Source of the DNA: Octopus sinensis
Lineage: Eukaryota
NCBI RefSeq assembly: GCF_006345805.1
Contig: NW_021832274.1
Span: forward strand, 1 to 64,000
Direction: 5' to 3'
Length of the DNA stretch: 64,000 nt
Shown: one piece after another, positions 42,300-57,047 of the stretch
How positions within the stretch are numbered: position 1 is the first letter of the stretch
Layout of the letters: every line of letters begins with the position of its first letter
The notes under the pieces: model-generated
Seen by the model: only the letters and a program-made list of their open reading frames with translations
What the model was told of the DNA's origin: nothing
Database searches by the model: none
Translations under genes and position numbers: made by a program

Positions 42300-43180
42300 T
42301 TATTCAGGAAGTTAAGCAATCCAGGAAAATCAATGAGGTCGTGTGTCAGAAAACGACAATCAGAAATGTTGTGCATGAAGACATCAGATACAAATCTTAT
42401 GTGATGAGGAGAGGTCAATTCATGTCAGATACAAGAAACAAAATAAAACCGTTTAATGAGAGCCAAAAGACGCTTGAACAAACTTAAAAATCCATCATAA
42501 GATGGTGTAATTTGTTTTTTCTCAGATGAAAAACCTTTGACCAGGACCAGAAAACTAACAGAAGAAATGGGAGATGACTATGTGCAGAACCTTCTGAGAT
42601 TCCGAGAATAATGCACACAAAATTTCTTGCAAGTCTCATGGTTTTTGGTGTTGTTAGCAATGAAGGTCATGTGATGCCTCCTCACATTTTCTTCACAAAG
42701 CTTTACGGTGAATGTTGCTGCGTATATTGATGTCCTGGATAAAGTTGTTAAGCCTTTGACCAACGGTGTCTGCAATGGAAAGCGTTACACCTTTCAACAA
42801 GATTCTGCACCATCACACAAGGCTGAAAAGATACAAGAATGGATGGCCGACAATTTGCATGATCACATCACCCCAAAAATTTGGCCTTCTAATTCTCCAG
42901 ATCTCAATATACTGGACAACTATGTATGGAGCATGTTTGAGAAAAATGTTAATGAACACGCCCTTAGCACCAAAGGTTCTTTGAAAACTGCTATAGTTCG
43001 AGTCATGTCCGATATGAACAAGGACCACTTAATCGAGCTTGCAGTTATTGATGCTTATAGTGGTTTTATTTAATGTTTATGTTAAATTGATAATTTATAA
43101 AAATACAGTTTTTTCTGTTATCAAATAAGCGTTTTTTTTTAAACCATAAAACTGTCCTCAAATACCGTCCGCACGCTGTA
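42300..43180 (+). mobile_element. Tc1/mariner-superfamily DD37D (maT-type) transposase pseudogene with right TIR
   Basis: TIRNVVHEDIRYKSYVMRRGQFMS; FFSDEK (~42515); FQQDSAPSH...WPSNSPDLNILD with 37 residues between the last two Asp; frameshifts; end CCGCACGCTG-TA at 43180. Confidence 0.88.
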
Positions 43181-44112
43181 TATAACAAATTAAATCGATG
43201 GCTTATTTGCAATTTGAACCTATAGAAATAGAGTGCTTTGTGACTTTCGAGTAATTTTAACTCTTGTTTCTAGCAATATCTGGTGCTCACCAGTACTCTC
43301 CGTAACTTTTATGACCTCCCTCTCTCTCTTTTTCCCTCTTTCTCTCTCTTTCTCTATAAATGTGTATGTACATATATATATGCATTTATATATATATATA
43401 TATATATACATATATATGTGTATGTATATATATATATACATATACATATGTATACATACATATATATATATTAATATATATATATATATACATATGTATA
43501 CATACATATATATTCATTTATATGTATATACATATATACATATACATATGTATACATACATATATATTCATTTATATATTATTGTATATACATGTGTGTA
43601 TATATAAATATATAAGTGTATGATATTAGTATGTCTTATGTATGTGTGTGTTAACGATCACCAAATTTTATAGGTTTTAAAGATGGCGTTTAAGATAAAA
43701 TGTTCGTTGCTTTATACTTTACAAACAAAATACAAAAGCCGTGTCTACGATAAAGAATTACGAATTAGATTTCCGATATCTCTGAGGAGCAATTTCAAAA
43801 TAGGTGGTTATAGTTCGTGACATCACGCATACACACACACACACACACACACACCCACACACACACACCCACACACACACACACATACATAATACATACA
43901 AACATACATACATGCATAGATACATACCTATATAAATATGTGTTTATGTGTGCGTGCGTGTGTATGTATGTGTGCCTGTGTACATACATACATACATACA
44001 TACATATATACATAGTACATGCATATATAAATATGTATGTGTGCGTGTGTAGGTCTGTGTGTCTCTGTACATACATTACATACATACATACATACATATA
44101 TACATACGTACA

Positions 44113-44155
<43 letters not shown>

Positions 44156-44157
44156 AC

Positions 44158-44188
<31 letters not shown>

Positions 44189-45176
44189 GGTCAGTGTTTC
44201 TGTGTAGATACATACGTATAAGTTCTTGTAAATCAAGTGATTTAATTAAAAATTAATCACCTAAACTTAATCTACTTGTTCAGTGGAAGTTATGTCTTAC
44301 CTTTTTATTGCAATGAAGAGACATATTTATGTGTCGTATTCCCCATCAACAAAATATTATCCACTCAAGCCAGAGTACTTTTTTTCCATTCTCTTCTTTT
44401 TTCTACAACCAAAGATCAAGTTTTTCCCACAATGATGCAAATTAACTTTGATTAACTTTAAAATTTGTTTCTTAACTTCTGGAAAATATATTTACTTTTA
44501 ATCTACAATTACGTCTTTTTTAGTTCGTTTGCTTTCTTTCTTTACATAAGTTATAATTTTCAATTAATTTAGAATGTCTTGTGTACCCCATTCTGTATAT
44601 AACCATTTAGTCTTTAAGTGCAAATTTGTACCATTGTCTAAGTCGTTTCATTTCCTTTAGCTCATTTCATCTATTAATTATGTAAATCATATTTACTATA
44701 AATTCTAGGCAACTAATTTACCTGTAAATGATCAAACAAGCTGTAAACTATATACTCTGCTGACTTTTCCAATAGGTTGTTGCATCTCCAATGTAATCCG
44801 TTGATTGCAAACAAAAAGTAAGACTTTCTTGCAGGTAGAGAAATTAGCCACAAGCCATTAAGTTATAATTTCTTAAAACAATTTTATTATTATTATTAAA
44901 GCTATTAAAATTTACCCCTAAGTCTGCGTTTTCTCTCACCAAATATGATGTATATTTTAGATTGATGTGCTATTCTGTTAATTGTGGCTTATTGTATTGA
45001 TTTCATCACGTCTTTACTTGCTAAACGCTCCTTTTCATAACTTCTGAGAATTTTTACCTTTTCAGTGAGGTCGATATAACTTGTCTGCTGGCAAATATAC
45101 CTTGGGATAAATATATCAGAACATTTAAGCAGCTAACTGGCAGTGTCCTTTGATCATCGAATTAGTTCCGACTATG

Positions 45177-45210
<34 letters not shown>

Positions 45211-45478
45211 AAGCGCTGAGTTCGAATCCCGCTGAGCTGAACTTTGTCTTTAATCTTTCCGATATCAATAAAATAGAACTAATCTAAGGCGGTGGATTGG
45301 CTGAACTTTAACACCGTTACACCAGATACTTTGTGGTATTTGTTGCGTCTCTTTGAGTTCTGATTTCGGATCCCACCATGGCCTACTAAATTGGGAGACC
45401 TAGATTAAGGTTAACACCGCAATCTGATACACCTCGGTCGTCTTTAGCAGAGCGCCTTAGTCGCTGCCTCACCTTCTA

Positions 45479-45559
<81 letters not shown>

Positions 45560-45560
<1 letters not shown>

Positions 45561-45680
45561 CAACAAGGATATACAGAGGTATGCAGTACGTTAGTTTCAT
45601 GCAACTCCATTTAATTTAAATGCATTGCTCAATTAAATGGAGTTGCATGAAACTGCATTGCCTCTGAATATCCTTGTTGC
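45560..45680. repeat. Imperfect hairpin (~50-57-bp arms, 14-nt loop) next to (TA)n
   Basis: GCAACAAGGATAT.CAGAGG..TGCAGT...TTCATGCAACTCCATTTAATT and its reverse complement. Confidence 0.85.
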
Positions 45681-45804
45681 ATATTTTGATTTTAATCACC
45701 TTACTTTGAAATTGTATGGATAATACCGTACTAAATTCTGGTGCCTCAACTTAAGTACCATATTCATCTGAATCTCTCTCTCTCTCTCTCCTCCTCTCTC
45801 TCTC

Positions 45805-45850
<46 letters not shown>

Positions 45851-48369
45851 TATACTACTTTCCTACCATATGTGACTTGATGGACATTCGACCAGCCACA
45901 TTTGTAATTACAAAACATAAAATATATTGTTCTTGAGTTTTAGTCTTTGCTGTATGTTTAAGAGGCTTATTTTGCAATAACGTGGTTTCGAGTTTAGTGA
46001 CACTGTGCATTGCCAGGAACAAATATTCTTTACTATAGTCCCAACTGGCTCCCTTCGAATTTATGCAATTTCATTACTCTATATAGCTTGTAGTGAATGG
46101 GCTTCGGTGAAATGTGAAACCCGAAGCAAATTAGTCCAGTGTTTCTTATAATGAGATAGGGGATGGTGTTGATGATTGCAAAGGGATCGGACAACCGGCC
46201 ATATTTAATATATTTAAAATGCTTTTAAATTTTTAAAGGGATCAAAAGTTATGGTGCAGAAAAAATGATTATATGGAGGCGAATTCTATTCTGTTTCCTC
46301 ATAAATAAAAACCAAAGAAACGTTATCCACCAGAAAGAAAATAATACCCACCCTCCAAAAAAAAATATCAAAACAAATTAAAACAAAAGACTATTTTTGG
46401 TCTGGGACTGGCTATTGTCAATTTAGGAACCACTGAAATTAGTTTAAGACATTTGTTCCAGTATCTACATATAACCATTTGATAAAAAGATTTAACTTCC
46501 TCTAACTAGATTTGACCGAAATACATCTATACTGTTGTTTTGCATCTATTTTTTAATTCTGATCTTAATTTCGTATGAGTGATAGGTTGGTCTTTTATTT
46601 TTAGATAAACCAACTCTGTACAATGTAAACAAGAGACAAATATATCGTTAATATAATTTCATGACAATAATTTGTTGTTGTATCGAATATTTGACAGCGC
46701 ACTTATTTGATTACTCCAACGAATATAGCGGAGCAGATTCGTAGTCGGAGTATCTGAAACGTTCCGAAATAGTATGAACGTTGCTTATATGAGATTAAAC
46801 ATGCCGAGCATAATTTACGCGGGAAAATTAAATAAAGAAATGAAATATAAACAAAACAAAATTCCTGATTTGTTGAATACCTTTTAAATCATTATATTGT
46901 AATTTGCGGAACTTTTAGTCAGCAGAAATAAATTAGATTAATGGGTAAGCCTTTAGAATCGTCCAATAGCATATGTGTATATATATACATACCTACATAC
47001 ACACATGCATACATACATATATGTATATATAAACGTCCAATAGCATATGTATATATATGTGTATGTATGTATGAATGTATGTATGTATGTATGTATGTAT
47101 GTATGTATGTATGTATGTATGTATGTATATATGTATGTATAGACAGATACATATATATAGTTACATATATATATACATATATATATATACAATCATACAT
47201 ACATATACATGTGTGTGTGCTATTGCATGTCTATATATATATATATATACACACACAAGCGCGCACGCATAAATACAAAAATATACTCATCCATACTTAT
47301 ACCCATGTGTGTGTGCATGCACTTAGATATGAACGCATATGTATATCGGCTTCCGTTTGTGCCAAGAATCTGATTGATGTGCTATTCTGTTAGAGCGGGA
47401 GTATGCTTTACTAACAAGGACGATGATGATGATGATGACGATGATGATGATGATGATGATGATGATGACGTTTGTGTACCTTTTTAATTGCTGTGTCTAA
47501 AACCAATTAGGCGGCTTTATAAACAGATTACAATAAAATTCTTACTGGACTGAAAATAGGTTTTCCGGTTGATACGATTGACTAAGCATTTGAAGATTTT
47601 TGCCCCAGAATGGTCGTACTGCAATGACTGATGCCTCAAAATAAAATAAATAAATAAATAAATAAATAAATAGATACATAAATGAAAAAGGAACTCGCGT
47701 GGCTGATGTAATTCCTGATGATAAACACGAGACATCTCCTACACACCGAAGTTTCTCTTATGAGCGAGAACATTGAGGTGCTTTACAATAAGGTATTGAC
47801 TGGTTTGAAACAGCATACTAGATTTGCAATGACTAGACAACAAAATGTTTGTTATGAGGTCGTAGACCTGTCTTAGTTTTACTCTGAAGTTGAGTTCATA
47901 CAGCTTGTGACATGATCAATATGATCCACTTTTTTTCTAAGCATTGCAAAGCAAAATGTAACACAGCTACGTTGAAATGCACGATCTATATACTTACTTT
48001 CGTGTCGATTTCCGCTCTATATATGTGATGTAGCTTGTAACTAAATAGAAAACGTGAGAACTTAGCAAATCAATTTCCTTTAAGAACATAAGCAGTTTCT
48101 CTTTGAGATTATCTTCCACAACGTAAGTCAATTGGTACGTGAAACATATTAGGAAGATCTGTAATGCCGACATATATAAATACAGGTATAAGCCTGCTCC
48201 TGTAGTCACAGTTTTATGAAAGTGCATGGCAAAGGTACAATGATTTCAGTTTTTACTTGCCAGTTCAGGTGTCGCGAATGCATAAATACTATCTCTTCCT
48301 CCCACACACGCGCACGCGCGCTCATATTTATATATGTGTGTGTGTGAGTGTGTCTGTTTGTGTATGCCC

Positions 48370-48430
<61 letters not shown>

Positions 48431-48442
48431 AGAGAGAGATAG

Positions 48443-48474
<32 letters not shown>

Positions 48475-48531
48475 GATAGATAGATAGATAGATAGATAGT
48501 AGATAGATAGATAGATAGATAAATAGATAGG

Positions 48532-48622
<91 letters not shown>

Positions 48623-48894
48623 GTTTAAGAGAAGAAACCAACGACAAGCAACTCAATCAACATTGAACGACATTATCTGCCAGAAATATATAAGATTAAA
48701 AAATTATCTACTTAATACCTACAATTACTATTCTGAATCAAATACATTATATGTATATGATATTTAATCTTATATATCTCTCTCATAGATAATGTCATTC
48801 AATGTTGATTGAGACGCTAATAGTGGAAAATTCGTATTAGTACCACTAAATTGAATTTCTCTCCCCTGTGGACTCGGAAATAAATTCCCTAATA

Positions 48895-48956
<62 letters not shown>

Positions 48957-49414
48957 GTGTGTGTGTGTTTCTGTGTGTGTTTCTCTGTGTGTGTGTGTGT
49001 GTGTGTGTGTGCTTACGTGGGCATATGCGTATGTATGTATGTATCTATGCATGTATATGTGCAGATTTGTATGTTTTGCTTCATATATGTATTCTCATGC
49101 ATATAGTTGCATATCTAGATATGCTAATATATATTTAAATGATAAACTTATGGAAAGTTTTACAAATTTTTACAGTTCCAGGCATGGATTGGATCTGTAG
49201 TTTTCGAATTAGCTTTCTACTTTCTGGTTTTGAGAAGTCTAATTCCTCACGATTGTTATTTAAGCAGTATGTATATGTGCATGCATTTATATATGTATAT
49301 ATATGTATGTATGTATGTATGTATACATACAGTTACCATGTAGGCACTTTAAATAGTTTCATTTTTTTTATAATTAAGATTTAAGCGGTTAATATATGAA
49401 TACAAAAGAGATAG

Positions 49415-49449
49415 TTGAATGACTGTAAACCTACTTTTGGGCCACCCTG

Positions 49450-49452
<3 letters not shown>
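49415..49452 (-). mobile_element. Isolated Tc1/mariner-like TIR fragment
   Basis: Minus strand TA-CAGGGTGGCCCAAAAGTAGGTTTACAG at a TA tract; no partner TIR found. Confidence 0.55.
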
Positions 49453-49473
<21 letters not shown>

Positions 49474-49482
<9 letters not shown>

Positions 49483-49637
49483 ATTGGTGAATTGAAGAAA
49501 TGGAGCTGAACGCAGATTGAACAGAAATCGTTTTATTTCATTCTACACGTGTTTCGAAACACGTGTAGAATGAAATAAAACGATTTCTGTTCAATCTGCG
49601 TTCAGCTCCATTTCTTCAATTCACCAATAATGTTTTA
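49474..49637. repeat. 164-bp perfect palindrome with no spacer
   Basis: Centre TTTCG|AAA-type symmetry between 49555 and 49556 (CTACACGTGTTTCGAAACACGTGTAG); arms checked complementary out to TAAAACATTATTGG/CCAATAATGTTTTA. Confidence 0.95.
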
Positions 49638-49824
49638 ATTTCAATTATCCGCACCAACGCACGGTTGCAACGCCAGATGGTTGTACCTCCAACCGTGCTG
49701 TTTACTGCTGTGATTTTTGCTACTAAGGTATCGGTTAAACTTTTGATTAATCTACTACAAGATTATTCATCTTTCTATTTCACATAATATATATATATAT
49801 AATTATATATATATATATATATAT

Positions 49825-49875
<51 letters not shown>

Positions 49876-50506
49876 TATATATATATACATATATATATAA
49901 TGACATTTTTACATAGAATTTTGTCAAATTTTCTTTTTCCTCCGTTATTCTTTTTAATGGGTCATTCTTATCTTAAACTGTTTTCATTTACTTTTTCACA
50001 TAAATGCAAACATTAATATAAATATATTTGTATGTCTATGTTTATATATGGACACACGCATTATATACATACACAAAAAGATATATCTAATACTATATAA
50101 GATAGTTTTGATTCCTTGATATCATCTTCCTTTCCAAAGGTCAAATAACAAAGGGAGATAATATCAAGAATTAAAAAAAAATACATGCCTCTACGGAAAA
50201 GGTTTTCTAATTAACTGGAGATAAAATGCAGCTTATGAAAGCAAATTTCTATGACTCTATGCGTCGTCAGCGCAGTAGTTCGAAGACAAGTTTTAAAGTA
50301 CGTTCTTCTAAAGGAAGCTGGATTCTTATTCAATCTAACAGGGGCATCTTACTTAAAAAAAGATAAGAGAAACGAAATGTGTTGCCTCTTACAAGATATT
50401 CTGAACAGTGGTGTAATACAAATATATATACATACATAAATACGCACAGACATATGTACACACACATATACATACATATATATATTTATACATACATACA
50501 TATATG

Positions 50507-50566
<60 letters not shown>

Positions 50567-50603
50567 AATAGTAAAGAGAAGGTTCTTGCTACAGTGTTAT
50601 AAA

Positions 50604-50787
50604 TATTTGAAAGAATGAATAGAGATGCGTTTTTGAGGGGATTTTAAAAATTTTAATCTTAATAATGTTTACAGTGAGTTGAAGCGTGAAACTCATATCA
50701 GAGTAACTCACTGTAAACATTATTATTAAGATTAAAATAAAAAAATTAAACCCTCAAAAAAGGCATCTCTACTCATTCTTTCAAATA
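50604..50787. repeat. Imperfect hairpin (~77-83-bp arms, 24-nt loop)
   Basis: TATTTGAAAGAATGA.TAGAGATGC...TAATAATGTTTACAGTGAGTT / AACTCACTGTAAACATTATTA...GCATCTCTA.TCATTCTTTCAAATA. Confidence 0.9.
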
Positions 50788-50829
50788 CATACATACATTC
50801 ATACATACATACATACATACATACATACG

Positions 50830-50900
<71 letters not shown>

Positions 50901-50907
<7 letters not shown>

Positions 50908-51067
50908 TAAGTGAAAGAATGGAGTCGAACGAAGATGTTAACAAAATTCCTTTACTCTCGACATATGCTCCTTTGGAATGAAAACATGTTGTCTTCGAAA
51001 CATATGTCGAGAGTAAAGGAATTTTGTTAACATCTTCGTTCGACTCCATTCTTTCATTTATTCATAT
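50901..51067. repeat. Near-perfect hairpin (67-bp arms, one mismatch, 33-nt loop)
   Basis: Arms 50901-50967 and 51001-51067; the loop ends ...GTCTTCGAAA. Confidence 0.95.
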
Positions 51068-51211
51068 ACAACACACAAATTTCTGCACATGAAGCCGGAG
51101 TTTCTACCCTTGGACAGGTCGCTTCAACCGTGTTTCTGACGTGAATTTGCTTCCCAGGTTTCGGTTAAACGAATTGTCCATGCTGACGATAAACATAGAT
51201 AATTCATTCAC

Positions 51212-51370
<159 letters not shown>

Positions 51371-53993
51371 CATATATATATATATTATTAAATACACATC
51401 CATATACAATAGAGATAGATAGATTGACAGACAGATAGATAAACACGATGTCACAATATTGCTGCTTCTCATAAATGCATCGCGAACGTGTTCAGGTATG
51501 AATTATCAGATTCCATGTATTAATGTCACTGATATGTGATCTTTGAACCGTGAATAGAGACAAGCAGACTATGTGGCGTGTAAATCCTGGGCATTAGTCC
51601 TTATTGATTTTTGAAGCAAGACATTTTGATCAAGTGGCACTTCCATCAAACTATTGCATTCGATAACATTCGTGTAAAAAGGGTTCGATCTTACTCTGAT
51701 GCCGTGTCTTGGGATTTTGTTTGTATAGCATTGTAAATTGTCCGAATCAATTCGCTGAAGTGGAATGTTAAATATTCGTTTGTTAGATTTCGAAGAATAA
51801 TAATAGAAAGTGTTTTTCATCCACTAGGGTATATAGTCATTTGTATGGATAGAAATATTATTATGGTATATTTATGATTCAGGATGTAGACATAAATACT
51901 TGCAAACATTTGAAATCAAAAGCATAAGTAAACATTTAGCAGCAATAACAGGAAAATAATATCTCATCAAAATTCTCAGATGGGATCAAAATAGATTTAC
52001 TTCCAGTCGAAAGCTCGAGCTATCGAGATAACACATGAGCGTTAATTCTTCCAATAAAACATACGCATTGTAAAAGTAAACCCAGGGCGTACACAACTTG
52101 CGAGTCTCTGAAAAGGTATGTGAGAGAATGCATAGGAAGCTAACGACATAAGGTAATCGATTGTAAAAATCGCAACAGCGCCCGGTATGTGATATGCATC
52201 GATTGTTCTTTCTGCTCTGCTATCTGAGTTCAACTTTTGCTGGAGGCAAAAAAAAAATACTAGTGAAATACTGTTGTTGTTGTTGTTGTTGTTGTTGTTA
52301 TTGTTCTTGTTGTTGTTGTTGTTGTTCTTCTTCTTCTCTTCTTCTTCTTCTTCTTCTTCTTCTTCTTCTTCTTCTTCTTCTTCTTCCCTTACTGTACTTG
52401 ACGTTGCGTGTGACCTACTGTCCAGTGCTAAATGCTAAGTTCGTGATGCGAAGTATATTTGACTGTTATTTCTAGTAAGTAATTAAGCTACAAAGCAATC
52501 CTATTAGTACAAGTTCTTCATAAACTATCCCTAAAAGTTAGAAACAGAGCTGACTTGAAGAGTTGAAGATTCTTATAACTTGGAACGAAAGTAAACGAAA
52601 TATGAATCATAATTGATAAATACCTACTTACATATGCACAAAGAATCTTCACTTTGGGCAAGCATTCATGTGTGTGTGTGTGTGCATGGATGTGGGTGTG
52701 TGATTTATATATATAAATTACACACACACACATACACAAACATGCATACATACACACACACATATATATAATACACACATACACACACACACATGCATAC
52801 ATATATACATACGTACATACATACATACATACATACGTACATACATACATACATACATACGTACATACATACATACATAATATATATATGGAAGCAGCCA
52901 AGAAACATGGCAATGACCGCAAAATGTGGAAAACAAATGTTGAGGCCCTATGCTCCACAAGGGGAAAAAAGGATTAAGGAGAAGAAGAATACATGCATGT
53001 ATGTGAGTATGTAAATGTGTGTGTTTCCATGCATGCCTGTTTGTGCGTACAAACGGGAGAAAGATGTACTCAAAACAACGCCTCCAGCAATATGTTATAC
53101 GGCTCCACATAATGATTCCTCCTCTTCCTAATAGTGGTTTTGATCTTAATTTTCAATCTCAAAATCTTTTAATTTATTCAATGTATTTTTATTTTACTGA
53201 TTTTACTAGTTAAACTGCGGGCTAGTAGGAGCATCTGCTTCATAGACTTGATCAATTATATCAATTGAAGTTCAAAGCTGTAAGTCTTATAAGTATCCCA
53301 TCAAAATCTACTTGTCGATCTGTTACCTTACTGGTCATAAGGAAAAATATATCGCAAATAAGAATATGGACACTTACACACACACACCTCAATTACGGGT
53401 TTCCGTACAGTTCCCATTTACCAAATTTCACTTATAAGACATTGGTCGATTCGATGCTATAGAAGAAGATGCTTGTTCAATATTCTAGACAATGGAACCG
53501 AATACGAAATCCCATATTTGCAAAGTGATGTCCTTAACCATACAATCTTACCAATGTCTGTTTGTTTACATGTTTAAACTTTTCAGTACTGTTTACACTA
53601 AAATTTGGTTGTTATTTTTACAATTCATCACATCGTTTCGCTTAATTACTGTCGCTAAATCAAATTAAGATAAATTATCTTGTTGTGTTAGACAGACATT
53701 AGTCAACATGAAACTGATAAGTTGTTGACATTTTCTACTAACACATAGATGGACAGTGACCGATTAAATATTTTGTATATCAAATAGAAATTTATTCCGA
53801 ATTTGGGAGAAGGAAAAGCCTGAACTTATGGTTTTATTAGTCGTACTAGGTTGTTATTTTTATTTCTGCAAACGTTGACTTACAAAAGTTCAATAATAAT
53901 GTTGGTTCATAATTTTAACAAAACGTCAGAAATTCTGTGTGAGAGTGCATGACGATTACATCAACATCAGTACTTTCCTGTTGTATGTATATT

Positions 53994-54111
53994 CTATCGA
54001 TCCCAAAAGGGATGCCAGGCAAAATCGAACTCGGCGGAACTTGAACTCAGAGCATATAGACGGTTGAAATGCCACTAGACATTTTGCAAGGTGTATTAAC
54101 GATCCTGCTAG
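53994..54111 (-). mobile_element. Diverged SINE B-like fragment
   Basis: TATCGATCCC.AAAGGGATG..AGGCAAAATCGA.CTCGGCGGAA.TTGAACTCAG core. Confidence 0.65.
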
Positions 54112-54132
54112 GTCACTGTATTCAGGTTCAAT

Positions 54133-54702
<570 letters not shown>

Positions 54703-54715
54703 CGAACAATATTAA

Positions 54716-54924
54716 TCCTTTCTACAATAGGCACAAGGTGTGAAATTAGTAGTGGTGGTGGTAGGGGGAATAGTCAATTTCATTAACCCCAATATTCGAC
54801 TGATACTTTTTCCATCGTCCCTGAAAGAATGAGGAGTCGACCGCGGCAGAATTTGAAATCAGAGCACAGCGACGGATGATATGTCACTCTGAATTTAGCC
54901 CGGCGTTCTAACGATTCTGCCATC
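54716..54924 (-). mobile_element. Old SINE B-like copy
   Basis: GTCGACC.CGGCAGAATTTGAA.TCAGA...TAGCCCGGCGT.CTAACGATTCTGCCA. Confidence 0.6.
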
Positions 54925-55000
54925 ACATGAACTTCAGTAATAATATTAATAAAGTCAATCTCAGATGTTTTATTTGGTTACTGTTATTTACTCCAGATCC

Positions 55001-55259
55001 GGCGCGTGGCTTAGTGGTTAGGGTGTCAGCATCATGATCGTAAGATTGTGGTTTCGATTCCTGAACCGGGCAACGCGTTGTTTTCTTGAGCAAAACACTT
55101 CATTTCACGTTGCTCCAGTCCACTCAGCTGGCAAAAATGAGTAACGCTCCGATGGACTGGCGTCCCATCCAGCTGAGGAACACATACGCCATAGAAACCG
55201 GGAAACCGGGCCCATGAGCCTGGCTAGGCTTTAAAAGGGAGCATTTATTATTTTTATAT
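55001..55259 (+). mobile_element. Intact tRNA-derived SINE with 14-bp target-site duplication
   Basis: Head GGCGCGTGGCTTAGTGGTTAGG...GGTTTCGATTCC; TSD TTTACTCCAGATCC at 54987-55000 and 55260-55273. Confidence 0.9.
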
Positions 55260-55841
55260 TTTACTCCAGATCCAGTACGTTAAAAAATATCTATGCATCG
55301 ATTTGCATTCGAACGTACATGAACGTGTACCTACATACTTGCACATAAGTTAGTGATTAAAGATCCACGATATATTTCAAATAATGAAGGGATGGTCACG
55401 GCTGGTTCCATTTGAATAAAGAATATTTTCGACCTTGGATGAATAAAGCTAAACAAAACAATAACAGCTGTACGCCTTCGCAAATATAAGCTTTACAATG
55501 TATTGTAATATTCGGTCTGTTTATTACAATACATTGTTTGTTCGTGTACTTGCGTGTATATGTGTGTGTATGGTGTATGTTTGTGTGTGCGTAAGTGTGC
55601 GTATGTATGTGTGTGTATTTCTTTCCGCAACTCAGTAATCTCATAAAATATTAATGAAACATGATCGAATATAGGAAATAATGAATATTTAATTGAAAAC
55701 TGAAGTCAGTAATCTTGGGATAGAAGCAAAAAGATATATCTTAACACGAAAATTGAATATAAGGAAAATAGAATGGAAGAAAAAAGGAGCAGGGGAAATG
55801 TATGAGAAACAATACTCAATACAGATTATGCAATGGAAAAT

Positions 55842-55875
<34 letters not shown>

Positions 55876-55920
55876 ACAATAATAATAACAATAAGAACAA
55901 ACAACATCAACGGCAAAACT

Positions 55921-55972
<52 letters not shown>

Positions 55973-56009
55973 GTATAGTAATAATAATGATGATGATGAT
56001 GATAATAAC

Positions 56010-56076
<67 letters not shown>

Positions 56077-57047
56077 GCGTAGATGATGAAGATGGAAGAT
56101 GATGATGATGATGACAAAGTCGATGATGACGATGTTGTTTATGATGTGCGAAATAAGAGGTTGGAATTGTTGAAGGTAAATATTCGTTTGAAATTATAAG
56201 TCACAGGGAGAAAAGAATAACAAAAACTGAAAAAACAAATCAGATAATAGTGCTTATCAAATTGTATTGTCATCGGAGACACAAGATATGAGAGAAAAAG
56301 AGAGGAAGAGGTGGATGTGAAATAAGAAAAAATTTTTTCTTTTTTTAAATGTCAAAATTTCTTTGTTGTTTTTTTTTTTGAAACTAGCTTTGGAATCAAA
56401 GCATGAAAAAAGTTACTGTAATGATAATGTGTGTAATTTTATTATAACCAGTATTGCCACAAAGCACCACCATCACAACATCAACAACAGCAACAAGATT
56501 CCCAAAGCAGCAGCAGAGTGAATCAAAATAATAATTATAATGATAATAACAATTGTTAAAGAAATTTTGCTATGCGATTGTGAAAGAAATTTTATCATTC
56601 AATATATTGGAAAATGTTGAAAAAATTTTGCTGAAATTGCGTGAAAGGCATCAAGAAATTTGTGTTTGAATATTTGAATGATAGGATAGAAGAATTGAAT
56701 GAGAATATAATGGTGGTGTGAAGAAAATGTGTCAGCGTCGTCATGTGATAAAGAGCGCTCAATATATGTTATAGAGTTGAAATTTATTATATGGCAGTTG
56801 ATGAGGTTTCTTGGAGTTTTCTGTCACGTGCTCTTAGTTGCCATTATGTCATTTGTCATCTGCTGTCTGGAGCTACGCTGCAAGTGTCTCCACATACGAT
56901 ATATTTGAAATGATTGATCCATAATATCAAGAATTTTGTGTGTATGTGTGTGCGTGCGTGTGCATAAACAACAAGAACAAGAACAACATCAGTAACAACA
57001 ACAGCAACAACAACAACAACAACAACTACAACAACAACAATAATATA

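Noticed and set aside
44740-44870. Minus-strand YIGDAT as a GIY-YIG endonuclease remnant
   Set aside because: A single short motif amid stops; the conserved Cys/Arg context is absent.
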